A stretch of 37,474 nucleotides of DNA from a virus (Duplodnaviria > Caudoviricetes). The stretch is from IMG/VR virus record IMGVR_UViG_3300029787_000142, positions 1 to 37,474 of that record; one strand, 5' to 3'. The notes under the pieces were generated by a model that was not told the DNA's origin, made no database searches, and saw only the letters and a list, made by a program, of their open reading frames with translations. The position numbers and the translations under genes are program-made. Positions 8,448-16,282 of the stretch are shown piece after piece; within the stretch, counting starts at the first letter, position 1, and each line of letters opens with the position of its first letter.

Positions 8448-8548
8448 TGATGAAAAAGAAAAAGCTAGTAAAGCCAAAAGCCAAAAAAACAATGCCTAAA
8501 AAATCTAAGGCAGTAAAAAAGAAATCTAAAAAAATGACAGGATATTGA
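8447..8548 (+). CDS. 33-aa Lys-rich peptide (not in ORF track)
   Basis: AGGAG RBS at 8436-8440 and TAATG coupling. MMKKKKLVKPKAKKTMPKKSKAVKKKSKKMTGY. Confidence 0.75.
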   Translation: MMKKKKLVKPKAKKTMPKKSKAVKKKSKKMTGY

Positions 8549-8561
8549 GGAGCTAAAAAGC

Positions 8562-8969
8562 GTGGGTAAAGTAGGACAATACTTCTCAGCAAGCGAGTTC
8601 GCTTGTTCATGCTGCGGGAAAACTAACCCTGCTCAATCCCTTGTAAGCGTCTTAGACAGCGTTCGCAAGGTTCTTGGACCATTGCGCATTAACTCGTCTT
8701 ATCGCTGCGAGAAGCACAATAAAGCCGTAGGTGGAACAGATAAAAGCTGGCACCTTCCTCGTGATGGAGTGGTGTATGCTGCTGATGTTACATATGTAGA
8801 TCCATCCAAAAGGCATGGGACATATATGCTTCGCCTGTACATTGAACTGGAAAATGCAGCCAGAAGGCTAGGCCCTAACTATGGCATCGGGTTGTATGAA
8901 AATTTCGTACACTTTGACACCCGCCCAACCAAACCGGCCAGGTGGTTTAAGTATAACTGGCCTCGATAG
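8562..8969 (+). CDS. Peptidase M15A-family endolysin
   Basis: YFSASEFACSCCG...INSSYRC..HN..VGG...SWH...AAD...GIGLYENFVHFDTR. Confidence 0.88.
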   Translation: MGKVGQYFSASEFACSCCGKTNPAQSLVSVLDSVRKVLGPLRINSSYRCEKHNKAVGGTDKSWHLPRDGVVYAADVTYVDPSKRHGTYMLRLYIELENAARRLGPNYGIGLYENFVHFDTRPTKPARWFKYNWPR

Positions 8970-9129
8970 GCTCAGACTCAACTCGCTCTATTTCTTTTAG
9001 AGAAATTCGAACAGCTCGTCCAAGCTTTGCAGCCTTAATGTCTCCGCGCAAATACATTCTCCGAATGTGTGCTTTCGAAACACACCAACGGTCGGCTAAC
9101 TCAGAAACAGTAAAAAATGATTTCTGCAT
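8947..9129 (-). CDS. Excisionase-like (HTH_17/MerR-type) DNA-binding protein
   Basis: FTVSELADRWCVS..HIRRM...G.I.A.KLG..VRI. AAGGAG RBS. Confidence 0.85.
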   Translation of the reverse strand: MQKSFFTVSELADRWCVSKAHIRRMYLRGDIKAAKLGRAVRISLKEIERVESEPIEASYT

Positions 9130-9228
9130 TTAGATCTCCTTGGGTTGCTAATCTGTTAGCCCACTTAACTGACTTAAATAAAAGAGTTAAGCAGGTTAAA
9201 AGTGTTTCAATTAAGTGCTAGGATTAAA

Positions 9229-9382
9229 TGCCCCACCCCCAAGTAAGTTAATTTCATAGGGATTGATAACCACTCACGTTGTTGCGGGAGTGGGACAAAA
9301 TCGAAAATGCCCTGCCTCCTGATAAATAAAACAGGGGGTTAGCTGTCAACATGCGCGTGTTGTTCGTCGCGGAGACAGAGCA
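9229..9382 (-). ncRNA. Two tandem stem-loops (12-bp stems, 45 and 51 nt loops); candidate small RNAs or processing elements
   Basis: Arms 9229-9240/9286-9297 and 9308-9319/9371-9382 pair fully only on the - strand (two G.U pairs each). Confidence 0.5.
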
Positions 9383-9388
9383 AAAACA

Positions 9389-9670
9389 TCATCTTATAAG
9401 AAGCATCCTCATTACAAGGTTTCTTTTTGGCGGGGCCTCCGCTTCAGCAATCTTGCACAGGGCTTCTTCGGCTTCGCTAATTACCCGGTAAGCTTCTCTT
9501 AATTTAACCACAGTTTCTTTGCAGACATCGGATATTTTTGCATCCTCTTCGCCATCCATTAACCAGTTGCGACCTGCAAACTCAGACCCAAAATCAGCAG
9601 CCTTTCTTGCTGCGGTTTCTATTAAGTCAGAAATCGATTTACATGTTTCGTAATCTTGAAGAGACATCAA
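9389..9670 (-). CDS. Hypothetical protein
   Basis: 93 aa, overlaps upstream gene stop, GGAG RBS. Confidence 0.7.
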   Translation of the reverse strand: MMSLQDYETCKSISDLIETAARKAADFGSEFAGRNWLMDGEEDAKISDVCKETVVKLREAYRVISEAEEALCKIAEAEAPPKRNLVMRMLLIR

Positions 9671-9900
9671 TGCTCTCCCAGTATAATTGAAGCCAGGCCC
9701 TTGCGGTCTTCTTCGCTTATGTCTTCAACTTTTTGCTGCTCGCCTACTGCCGCTCTTTCAAGAGCAAAGCTTCGCTGTAGTCCAAGGTGGGCCAGTGTCA
9801 TCAGCACGGCTGCTACAAAAAACATTCCTTTAATCCACCAGTTACCGTCATTCTTTTCTCGATCAAGCGCACTGGTGCGTTTTTGTCCGATATCTCTCAT
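9667..9900 (-). CDS. Hypothetical single-TM protein
   Basis: AGGAG RBS. TM segment WWIKGMFFVAAVLMTLAHLGL. Confidence 0.75.
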   Translation of the reverse strand: MRDIGQKRTSALDREKNDGNWWIKGMFFVAAVLMTLAHLGLQRSFALERAAVGEQQKVEDISEEDRKGLASIILGEH

Positions 9901-9918
9901 AATTTCTCCTGTTAGTTT

Positions 9919-10203
9919 TTATTTGGATTTACGACTGTACCAGCCGAATTTTGCTGTATTTTCATAACCAGCCTGCCGCTTTTCCCTCCAACTAACAGCC
10001 CATCTTCCATTGGAATCAGGGCCATTATACTGCGGCAGGCCAATCATGTTTTTAACACTTGCAGACTCTAGATATCTTTCTTTGGCCATAACAATTGAGT
10101 CAGCATATTGTGTAATCTTGATTTCACTGGATGGTGAACATGGTGCATCATGCTCTCGCACTACCACCCTTTGTTTAAACCAAGGTATTTCCCCCGACAT
10201 CAT
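9919..10203 (-). CDS. Hypothetical protein
   Basis: Start re-assigned to ATG 10203 after a G-rich RBS. In frame with track ORF 9919..10239. Confidence 0.6.
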   Translation of the reverse strand: MMSGEIPWFKQRVVVREHDAPCSPSSEIKITQYADSIVMAKERYLESASVKNMIGLPQYNGPDSNGRWAVSWREKRQAGYENTAKFGWYSRKSK

Positions 10204-10543
10204 CGCTTTCCCCCCGGTAAGCAATTTTAAGTAATTCAATAAAGTAATCTAATCTCATTGAAGCTATTGGTTCTTGTCTGTCCCACTTGCAGATGGCAAC
10301 AGGAGACTTGCCTGTTTTGGCTCCGGCTTCTGCTTCTTCTGCTTGCTCAAGGGCTGCTTTGATGTTGGGTCTTTTGCCAACTTTGCATTCAACCCAGATT
10401 TCGGGACAGTCAACATCGGCTCGAAGATCACCGCTAAAGCATTGTCCAGAACTTCTAGTTGTTCTGGGTCCAAAGACTTCTTTAAGTCTGTTAGCGATTT
10501 CTCTTTCAAACCTAGCGCCTTTGTCGCGACTATACTTTCCCAT
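10175..10543 (-). CDS. Holliday junction resolvase-like PD-(D/E)XK nuclease
   Basis: SRDKGARFEREIA...ADV...IWVECK. Confidence 0.85.
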   Translation of the reverse strand: MGKYSRDKGARFEREIANRLKEVFGPRTTRSSGQCFSGDLRADVDCPEIWVECKVGKRPNIKAALEQAEEAEAGAKTGKSPVAICKWDRQEPIASMRLDYFIELLKIAYRGESDDVGGNTLV

Positions 10544-10544
10544 G

Positions 10545-11252
10545 CTAAGCCCTTAGTGACATTTCATTAAACTCTACATAGCCCCCGCCATGCTTGAATC
10601 CTTCTCGAATCCTATCAGCAACTCGCGCACCATATCTAGTCTGGAAATCATTTGCATTTAGGTTAGTTGTAATAATTGTTTTTCTGTAGTTGCTGTAACG
10701 GTCATCAATAAGTTCATCGAGTCTGTGGTTAAAGTATCCATTCTTATCGAGATACTCTACACCCAGGTCATCAATCACCATCAAAGGCACACTCATCATT
10801 TTTTCAAGATGGTCATTAAACCCACTGACTCTAGCGACCCTGGCAGCTGTCCACCACCGCATGCTTTTGGGAGGAGCAGATGACATTAGCTTTGTTTTAT
10901 CCCACAAGTAGTAGGCTCCAGCTGTGCTTTTGCCGCAACCTTTAGGCCCAGCTAGTACCAGGCACCAGGCTTCTTTGGGTGCATCCATAAACTTTTTTAC
11001 AGTCATTAATGCAGATGTATCTTTTGGTCCTGATTGCAGTGTATCTATAATGCGCTGCGGCATACCTTGAAATCTTAAGGATGATGTAAGCTCATCAGCA
11101 GACATCTCCTTGTTTGTATCTATTGGGTCATCGCAGCTCCAGCCCTTCTGCTTGGCTACTTCTGCAAATGCCATAACCTTGCGCTCAATCTCCGAAACCT
11201 TTTGTCCCCTGACCGAACTCTTCACTCCCAAAACTGTACCCACTTGTTGCAT
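10545..11252 (-). CDS. DnaC/IstB-like AAA+ helicase loader
   Basis: GPKGCGKS Walker A, LMVIDDLG Walker B, DRY..KTIITTN, YGARVADRI. Start moved to ATG 11252 (AAGGGG RBS). Confidence 0.9.
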   Translation of the reverse strand: MQQVGTVLGVKSSVRGQKVSEIERKVMAFAEVAKQKGWSCDDPIDTNKEMSADELTSSLRFQGMPQRIIDTLQSGPKDTSALMTVKKFMDAPKEAWCLVLAGPKGCGKSTAGAYYLWDKTKLMSSAPPKSMRWWTAARVARVSGFNDHLEKMMSVPLMVIDDLGVEYLDKNGYFNHRLDELIDDRYSNYRKTIITTNLNANDFQTRYGARVADRIREGFKHGGGYVEFNEMSLRA

Positions 11253-11646
11253 TTTTTCCCCTTGCTTGTTTTTGAATGAAGCTGTCAAGATTGCCGTCCT
11301 TGCCCATGATGTCCTGTATGCCGTGTCGATTGTGATCAACCCACCATTGTCTCTTGGAGTTTTCAAGAATAGCAGTTTTTAGTTCTTCTGCGCTATAACC
11401 TTGGTCTAGCCTTTTCTTTATAAGCTTCCAATCCACATGGCCGGGGGAGATAGATCTGCCTCGACTTGGGTGGATTGCTTTGTAATAATCTATGATTAGA
11501 TCTATTGACGCATCGTGTTGTGAAACAACTCTTAGCTTAGATGGTTCTTTCTTTTGCTCCAGGTATAAACCTTCAAGCTCATCTCCAAGCTGACGCAGTA
11601 GTCTAACCAGTTTCTTTAAACTGTTAGCGTTGATGTTGATTTGCAT
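11185..11646 (-). CDS. Putative replication initiator
   Basis: IIDYY...LIKKRL..GYS.EELKTAI pattern recalled from phage initiator C-terminal domains. Directly upstream of the DnaC-like gene. Start ATG 11646 with AGGA RBS. Confidence 0.6.
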   Translation of the reverse strand: MQININANSLKKLVRLLRQLGDELEGLYLEQKKEPSKLRVVSQHDASIDLIIDYYKAIHPSRGRSISPGHVDWKLIKKRLDQGYSAEELKTAILENSKRQWWVDHNRHGIQDIMGKDGNLDSFIQKQARGKNATSGYSFGSEEFGQGTKGFGD

Positions 11647-11658
11647 GGAAATCCTAAA

Positions 11659-11738
11659 TGGCGGGGGTGAGCAAAGAGCAGTCAGGTTACAGGAAAAAGA
11701 AATCCTAACCGCAAAGTGGAACATGCCCACCCCCACCA
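11659..11738 (-). promoter_or_regulatory. Structured leader: 15-bp helix enclosing a 50-nt loop, upstream of the initiator gene
   Basis: 11659-11673 pairs with 11724-11738, with two G.U pairs on the - strand. Confidence 0.55.
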
Positions 11739-11750
11739 AGGTTGTATCAT

Positions 11751-12203
11751 TTAGAAGGGAGTGGTGTCATCACCATGAGGGTTACTTGTAACCTCAAAAG
11801 GACCAAGAGGCTCATGCTCTGCTTGGTCTTTGGCGTAATACTCACCAACATCCATATACTTTTCACCGTCTTCAAGCTTGGTTCGAAGGACTCCTTCTTT
11901 GCCAGCCATGTCATCGGTATCTACTTCGCCAGTAGGGTCAAACCCCATCGACTTGCAGAACTGAATGTATCGCCACTTGGCACCCTCGGTAAGATAGATG
12001 TCATCAAACATCTTAAACTCATAACCGTCATGCTCAACGATAAGCTTAACCTCAAGACGAGGCGTGCCTTTGATTGGGCTTGCCCCTGATTCAACATCAG
12101 TAATAACAAACTTATAATTTCCTGGGCCAAACGTGCTCTTGTTAGAGCTTCCACTTGACTGTGCTACATCTTCATCGCTCACTGTAAATCCTACTACTGG
12201 CAT
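11751..12203 (-). CDS. SSB-like protein (DUF669-like)
   Basis: PGNYKFVITDVE...KGTPRLEVKL and an acidic tail ending DDTTPF. Follows the Sak4-like gene. Confidence 0.75.
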   Translation of the reverse strand: MPVVGFTVSDEDVAQSSGSSNKSTFGPGNYKFVITDVESGASPIKGTPRLEVKLIVEHDGYEFKMFDDIYLTEGAKWRYIQFCKSMGFDPTGEVDTDDMAGKEGVLRTKLEDGEKYMDVGEYYAKDQAEHEPLGPFEVTSNPHGDDTTPF

Positions 12204-12943
12204 AATTGCTCTCCCATATGGGACATGTATTCGTCCCAGTTTAATTTAATTTTGTCTGGCATTTCGTACCCGACACGACAACCAGCATCTCTGCCGGGAC
12301 TGCCTAAGAAATGAATCCAACGGTCTTTGCCAAGCTCTTTGGCTTTACCGTCAATAACTTTGAAGTTTGACTGAGCATGACCGATTTGATCTGCCCAATC
12401 CCTAACTCTGTTCCATGCATACTTGCTAAGATTTGGTGCCCACTTCTTGAAGTCATCTCCAAGGGCATTGGCACCTTGCTGCAAGCCGTCATGTGCAATG
12501 AGTATGATGTTCATGTTTTTTCTTTTCCTAATAAGGTCCAGAGCAAACAAGACATCAGTAATCATTTCACCTGCAATGATAGGACCCTTGTAGTAAGCCA
12601 TGTATTTCTCTTGGTTATTTCCAAAAGTATTCTTAAGCACGTGTGCTTGAGCAAGCTGCTCGGCTTTGTCTAGGGTATCAATGATAAGTGTTTGTCTATC
12701 GTGTTCTTGTTTAAGAACCTCACGTAGACACTGCATTAGTTCTTCCCATGACTCGCATGGTGACTCAGGTATCTTAGGTATCCTTAACCCAGCAGCACCA
12801 TCTTCTGTTTGAATTAACAGTGGGTCAGGTGCATTAGATGCAAAAGATGTTTTACCAACTTTGGGCTGTCCATAAATGACTAGCCTGGGAGGTGGAACCC
12901 TAATGTCTACCGGTGCAGATACGATATTAAAACGGGATTTCAT
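12194..12943 (-). CDS. Sak4-like (AAA_24) ATPase/recombinase
   Basis: IYGQPKVGKTS, IQTEDG, TLIIDTLD, IILIAH, WADQIG. Start moved to ATG 12943 (AAGGA RBS). Confidence 0.88.
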   Translation of the reverse strand: MKSRFNIVSAPVDIRVPPPRLVIYGQPKVGKTSFASNAPDPLLIQTEDGAAGLRIPKIPESPCESWEELMQCLREVLKQEHDRQTLIIDTLDKAEQLAQAHVLKNTFGNNQEKYMAYYKGPIIAGEMITDVLFALDLIRKRKNMNIILIAHDGLQQGANALGDDFKKWAPNLSKYAWNRVRDWADQIGHAQSNFKVIDGKAKELGKDRWIHFLGSPGRDAGCRVGYEMPDKIKLNWDEYMSHMGEQLCQ

Positions 12944-13889
12944 CAGCTTCCTTTGGTTTGAAGTGTTCTTTCTTTTGAAACCTTGGGCTTTCGTAAATGT
13001 TTTCAATCCCAATACAGGACTGAAAGAAGGCACAGCCTCCGTAGTTACGACAGCTTTGTGTGTTTCTTTTTGGGTTTCCAAGATAAGCTGCAGCGTTTGC
13101 TTTGTCAGCAATGCTGAGTATCTCTTCCATCCTTCTGTCTCTTGGTCCATCAAGAACTGGAATCATCTTCCTGATGTATTTATTTTCCTCCTTATCCATA
13201 TAGACTTGAGTGATCCTGTCCTCAAACTCTTCAATTGTTTCACGTTCTTTTGTTTTCCTGTTTACAATCTTTGGCTTGGTCGCCGGTGATGTAAGAACAA
13301 CATCATACCATATATACACAGGCTTATTATATTTCTCTTTTAGATACGCAGAGTAGATTGTAAGCTGGTTATTCATAATGAGACTTTGCCAAAATATACT
13401 AGCAGGGTCCTGGCAGTCTTTGCTGGATACGTTCTTGTGCTCCATCAGGACGATGCAATCCCGCTCTTTATCAAGCAGGACTGCATCCATCCTTCCGACA
13501 AACGTTGTGCTTTCACGCTTAAGCTTAAAGTCTTCCTCGATAGAAAGAACCTCAAACCTTTTGTTGGTAAATGCATCAGCGTCTGAAACCTCCCACGCCT
13601 CATAGTATCCTTTAATGTATGCTCTTAGCTTTGGAAGGAATAATAAATCTTCGTGCCATGATTGAGCTTTAACTTCTTCTTCGATGGAATTAATAACAGC
13701 GCTACAGTTGTGACCCTGAAGGTACATCTCCTGGGCATCATGCATCATGAGCCCAGTTTTAAGTCCGTTACTTGTTGCCTTCAGCTCCCAGCCTTCACTG
13801 TATTCGTAGTGAGCTTTCATCTCGCACTGTTCTATTGTTGATATTGCGCTGGCGCTAAAGACATTTTCATCTATACAAGTTCTACTCAT
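12927..13889 (-). CDS. PD-(D/E)XK (RecB/Cas4-like) exonuclease with Cys cluster
   Basis: SASAI....QC, G..MH, E..F, GRMDAV, MEHK, QLTIY, C-terminal C..YGGCAF...C. Start ATG 13889 (GAGGAG RBS). Confidence 0.88.
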   Translation of the reverse strand: MSRTCIDENVFSASAISTIEQCEMKAHYEYSEGWELKATSNGLKTGLMMHDAQEMYLQGHNCSAVINSIEEEVKAQSWHEDLLFLPKLRAYIKGYYEAWEVSDADAFTNKRFEVLSIEEDFKLKRESTTFVGRMDAVLLDKERDCIVLMEHKNVSSKDCQDPASIFWQSLIMNNQLTIYSAYLKEKYNKPVYIWYDVVLTSPATKPKIVNRKTKERETIEEFEDRITQVYMDKEENKYIRKMIPVLDGPRDRRMEEILSIADKANAAAYLGNPKRNTQSCRNYGGCAFFQSCIGIENIYESPRFQKKEHFKPKEADEIPF

Positions 13890-14214
13890 TCTTAATTTTC
13901 TCCTCGTGTCTGGCATAAGCTTCATCAAGAATCATATCCACCACTTCTACGATTGGCGTATCTTCGAACATAATGGCCAGGGCCTCTAACAGCCTTAGTG
14001 AGTCTGTTAAAAGGACGACCGGTTTTGAGTCTCCGTGCAACTGTTTTAAATCCAGCACTATTGATTGTGCCACTCTGGTGTGTACGCTCATTTTCATATT
14101 GGGATATGCGTACTGAACCCCCGAAAGGTCGCATAAATTCTTCGCACTTTGGTTCGGCCCATCGTAAGTCTTCAGGCCATCCAAGCTTTTCCATGTTATA
14201 TTTTTTTTACTCAT
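13882..14214 (-). CDS. Hypothetical protein
   Basis: Start ATG 14214 overlaps the upstream stop. 110 aa. Confidence 0.6.
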   Translation of the reverse strand: MSKKNITWKSLDGLKTYDGPNQSAKNLCDLSGVQYAYPNMKMSVHTRVAQSIVLDLKQLHGDSKPVVLLTDSLRLLEALAIMFEDTPIVEVVDMILDEAYARHEEKIKNE

Positions 14215-14521
14215 CTTCTTCATCCTTTTCTGTGTTGTCTTCACAAAGTTCAGCGTTACCTTCGCCAAAGTTAATCCAATTTTTTAATGACTCTTTACCT
14301 ATGTCCCACATCTCTGCGGCAGTGATTCCGTAAAGACCATCAGAACCTTTGCCTAAACTGTAGCAGTCTGTGCATTTCCAAACGTCACCTATTACATGTG
14401 GCGCCGTTCCGGCATTGACCCAGAAGTTTACATAGGCACCGTTGATTGTAACAATGAATCCAAGCTCCATATCCGCAGCGCAGATAGGCCCGTATTCGAG
14501 AACCTCTTCAATTGTTTGCAT
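14207..14521 (-). CDS. Hypothetical acidic protein
   Basis: AACACAGGA RBS, 104 aa. Confidence 0.75.
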   Translation of the reverse strand: MQTIEEVLEYGPICAADMELGFIVTINGAYVNFWVNAGTAPHVIGDVWKCTDCYSLGKGSDGLYGITAAEMWDIGKESLKNWINFGEGNAELCEDNTEKDEEDE

Positions 14522-14545
14522 TTTTTTTCCTGTGTTAATTGTATA

Positions 14546-14878
14546 TTATGGCTTAGACATTAAGCCAATTATCTTCAAAGCATCTCTGGTTTTCCTGTAG
14601 GCTTTTACTTGTTTGTCAACCATTGGAATGGATGCAATCATAAGCGCATTGCCTAAGCGAAGAAGAGGCACACTGGCATCCACATATGTGTTGTCTTTTA
14701 ACTGGTCTAAATTTCTTTGAGCTCTTTCAATAGACTCTTCAAGTTCTTCAATATAAGACTCAGCTGATCTTGCTTTCTCGGAAGCCTCGTATGCAGCATG
14801 TCTTGCATTTTCTGCATAGTTTCCTACCTCATAAATCTCTTGACTAATTTCCTGTATTTCTTTTTCCATCTCTGACAT
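14546..14878 (-). CDS. Hypothetical coiled-coil protein
   Basis: GGAG RBS, heptad-rich. Confidence 0.75.
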   Translation of the reverse strand: MSEMEKEIQEISQEIYEVGNYAENARHAAYEASEKARSAESYIEELEESIERAQRNLDQLKDNTYVDASVPLLRLGNALMIASIPMVDKQVKAYRKTRDALKIIGLMSKP

Positions 14879-14996
14879 TGCTTTGCTCCATATCTTTCTT
14901 TGCTTCTTTTTTAGCCCACTGCTTTAACTGCTCAGCGAAGTCTGGCTTTGTTAGCACTGGGTTTGCTTTAAGAATATCTTTATCTTTTTGAGACAT
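14844..14996 (-). CDS. 50-aa hypothetical protein (not in ORF track)
   Basis: TAATG coupling and GGAG upstream. MSQKDKDILKANPVLTKPDFAEQLKQWAKK... fills the gap. Confidence 0.6.
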   Translation of the reverse strand: MSQKDKDILKANPVLTKPDFAEQLKQWAKKEAKKDMEQSNVRDGKRNTGN

Positions 14997-15364
14997 TAGT
15001 ATCTCCCTGTTCCATCATAGAACTGAGGGCATGGTTCATAGTCTGGCTCATCTGGCTCATTAAAGTCTTCAGATGCTTTATCAGCCATGTGTTGTTGCCA
15101 TTCAGCCACTTCAGACATATCAGCTTCTGCTGCATATTTTTTAACAGCATCCTCCATGTCCTTTCCTATTTTTGCATAATCAATATTCTTGTTATCAATT
15201 AGCGCCTGGCCAATCTCTCTAAGAATAGAGTCACAAGCTTCAACGATGTCATCATCTTCAACCAGGTAGTCCATGTCTTTTAATCGCCATTCAGCCCATT
15301 CCTGGTCTGTTGGCTCTGGTCCGTCATCATAATCAGGTGGGTCTAAACGTGGTTCTTTTGCCAT
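14996..15364 (-). CDS. Hypothetical very acidic protein
   Basis: GGAGG RBS, Asp/Glu-rich, 122 aa. Confidence 0.78.
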   Translation of the reverse strand: MAKEPRLDPPDYDDGPEPTDQEWAEWRLKDMDYLVEDDDIVEACDSILREIGQALIDNKNIDYAKIGKDMEDAVKKYAAEADMSEVAEWQQHMADKASEDFNEPDEPDYEPCPQFYDGTGRY

Positions 15365-15627
15365 TACTTGCCTCCAAAGATATCTCTGATTTCTTGAATC
15401 AGGAATCTAATAACTACACGACGTGGAACACCAAGCTCCTTGAGGTTATCAAGGGCCATAATGATGTCCTGCTCGTTTACATTAATCTTGTCTACTCGTG
15501 TTAACTCTTTGTCCCAAATCATAGGAATCCTTTCTAGTGTCACTTTGACATCAGACCTTGCGAAAGCAGATGCCTGACTTGGATTCATGTTTTCAAAAAA
15601 CTTTCTATCTATTTTAAGTTTAGTCAT
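15364..15627 (-). CDS. Hypothetical protein
   Basis: Translationally coupled on both sides. Confidence 0.7.
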   Translation of the reverse strand: MTKLKIDRKFFENMNPSQASAFARSDVKVTLERIPMIWDKELTRVDKINVNEQDIIMALDNLKELGVPRRVVIRFLIQEIRDIFGGK

Positions 15628-15814
15628 TGTGTATTACCCTGTTAAATCTATCGTTGATAGCCACAATCAATTCAGATGGCTCCATTCCAAGTTCAAGCAT
15701 ATCACTCATTACATTGCCAAGTTCACCAATAAGAAAGTTAATAGTAATCTCATATTCGGATTCGTAAATACCTTGCTCTTGGATTTTAATTAATTCATTT
15801 TTCATAGCACCCAT
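15620..15814 (-). CDS. Hypothetical protein
   Basis: AGGAG RBS, 64 aa. Confidence 0.7.
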   Translation of the reverse strand: MGAMKNELIKIQEQGIYESEYEITINFLIGELGNVMSDMLELGMEPSELIVAINDRFNRVIHND

Positions 15815-15847
15815 AATAATCTCCTAGTTAGGTGTTGTTTAATAATG

Positions 15848-15939
15848 AGGCCGCCAATACCTAAGCCCTAGCTGGCGACCCTATGTGAGTGTAGACCTCA
15901 GATGGTATCCACCCTTTCTGGATGGCCGGGCCACTACAC
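15848..15939 (-). other. Two intergenic hairpins
   Basis: 15848-15881 (G.U pairs on the - strand) and 15889-15939 (GTGTAG/CTACAC with inner ATCCA/TGGAT). Confidence 0.45.
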
Positions 15940-15952
15940 AGGCTTAATTCGA

Positions 15953-16168
15953 TTATCCGAAGAACGCATCCTGGCACACTTGGCACCAGGCGCTAATTTT
16001 ATACTCAGCTTTAGAAACATCATCCTTAAACTCGTCGGCTGGTTTGCCGCATTTTGCACAAGTGTTTCCTGTAAGAGCGACAGTTCTAGTCGTTCCATTT
16101 GTGGAATATTTTTTAGCTATATTTCCTGAGAGTCTATCTAGGAGTTGAATATTTTTTTCACTCTTCAT
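15953..16168 (-). CDS. Small Zn-finger protein (CxxC...CxxC)
   Basis: CAKC...FKD..S..EYKIS.WCQVCQD.FFG. Start ATG 16168 with GAGGGAG RBS. Confidence 0.75.
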   Translation of the reverse strand: MKSEKNIQLLDRLSGNIAKKYSTNGTTRTVALTGNTCAKCGKPADEFKDDVSKAEYKISAWCQVCQDAFFG

Positions 16169-16282
16169 TCTCTCCCTCTTTTCTTTTTTTATCCTCTCCC
16201 AAAATATTTGGTCAGAGGTTTGAAATTTTGTATTTGGCCCTATTAACATGGGACAGTGAAAATCCTGCGGGTTGCGGTGGGC

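Noticed and set aside
9351-9491. + strand 46-aa ORF MRVLFVAE... with G-rich upstream sequence
   Set aside because: Mostly antisense to 9389..9670 with an unremarkable product. Treated instead as part of the stem-loop cassette.
10187-10193. G GGA AAT slippery-like heptamer at the end of the resolvase gene
   Set aside because: The -1 frame stops within about 10 codons, and the overlapping next gene is in the +1 frame.
11251-11262. AGG GGA AAA AAT slippery run linking initiator and DnaC-like gene
   Set aside because: The downstream gene is in the +1 frame, and the run doubles as its RBS and spacer.
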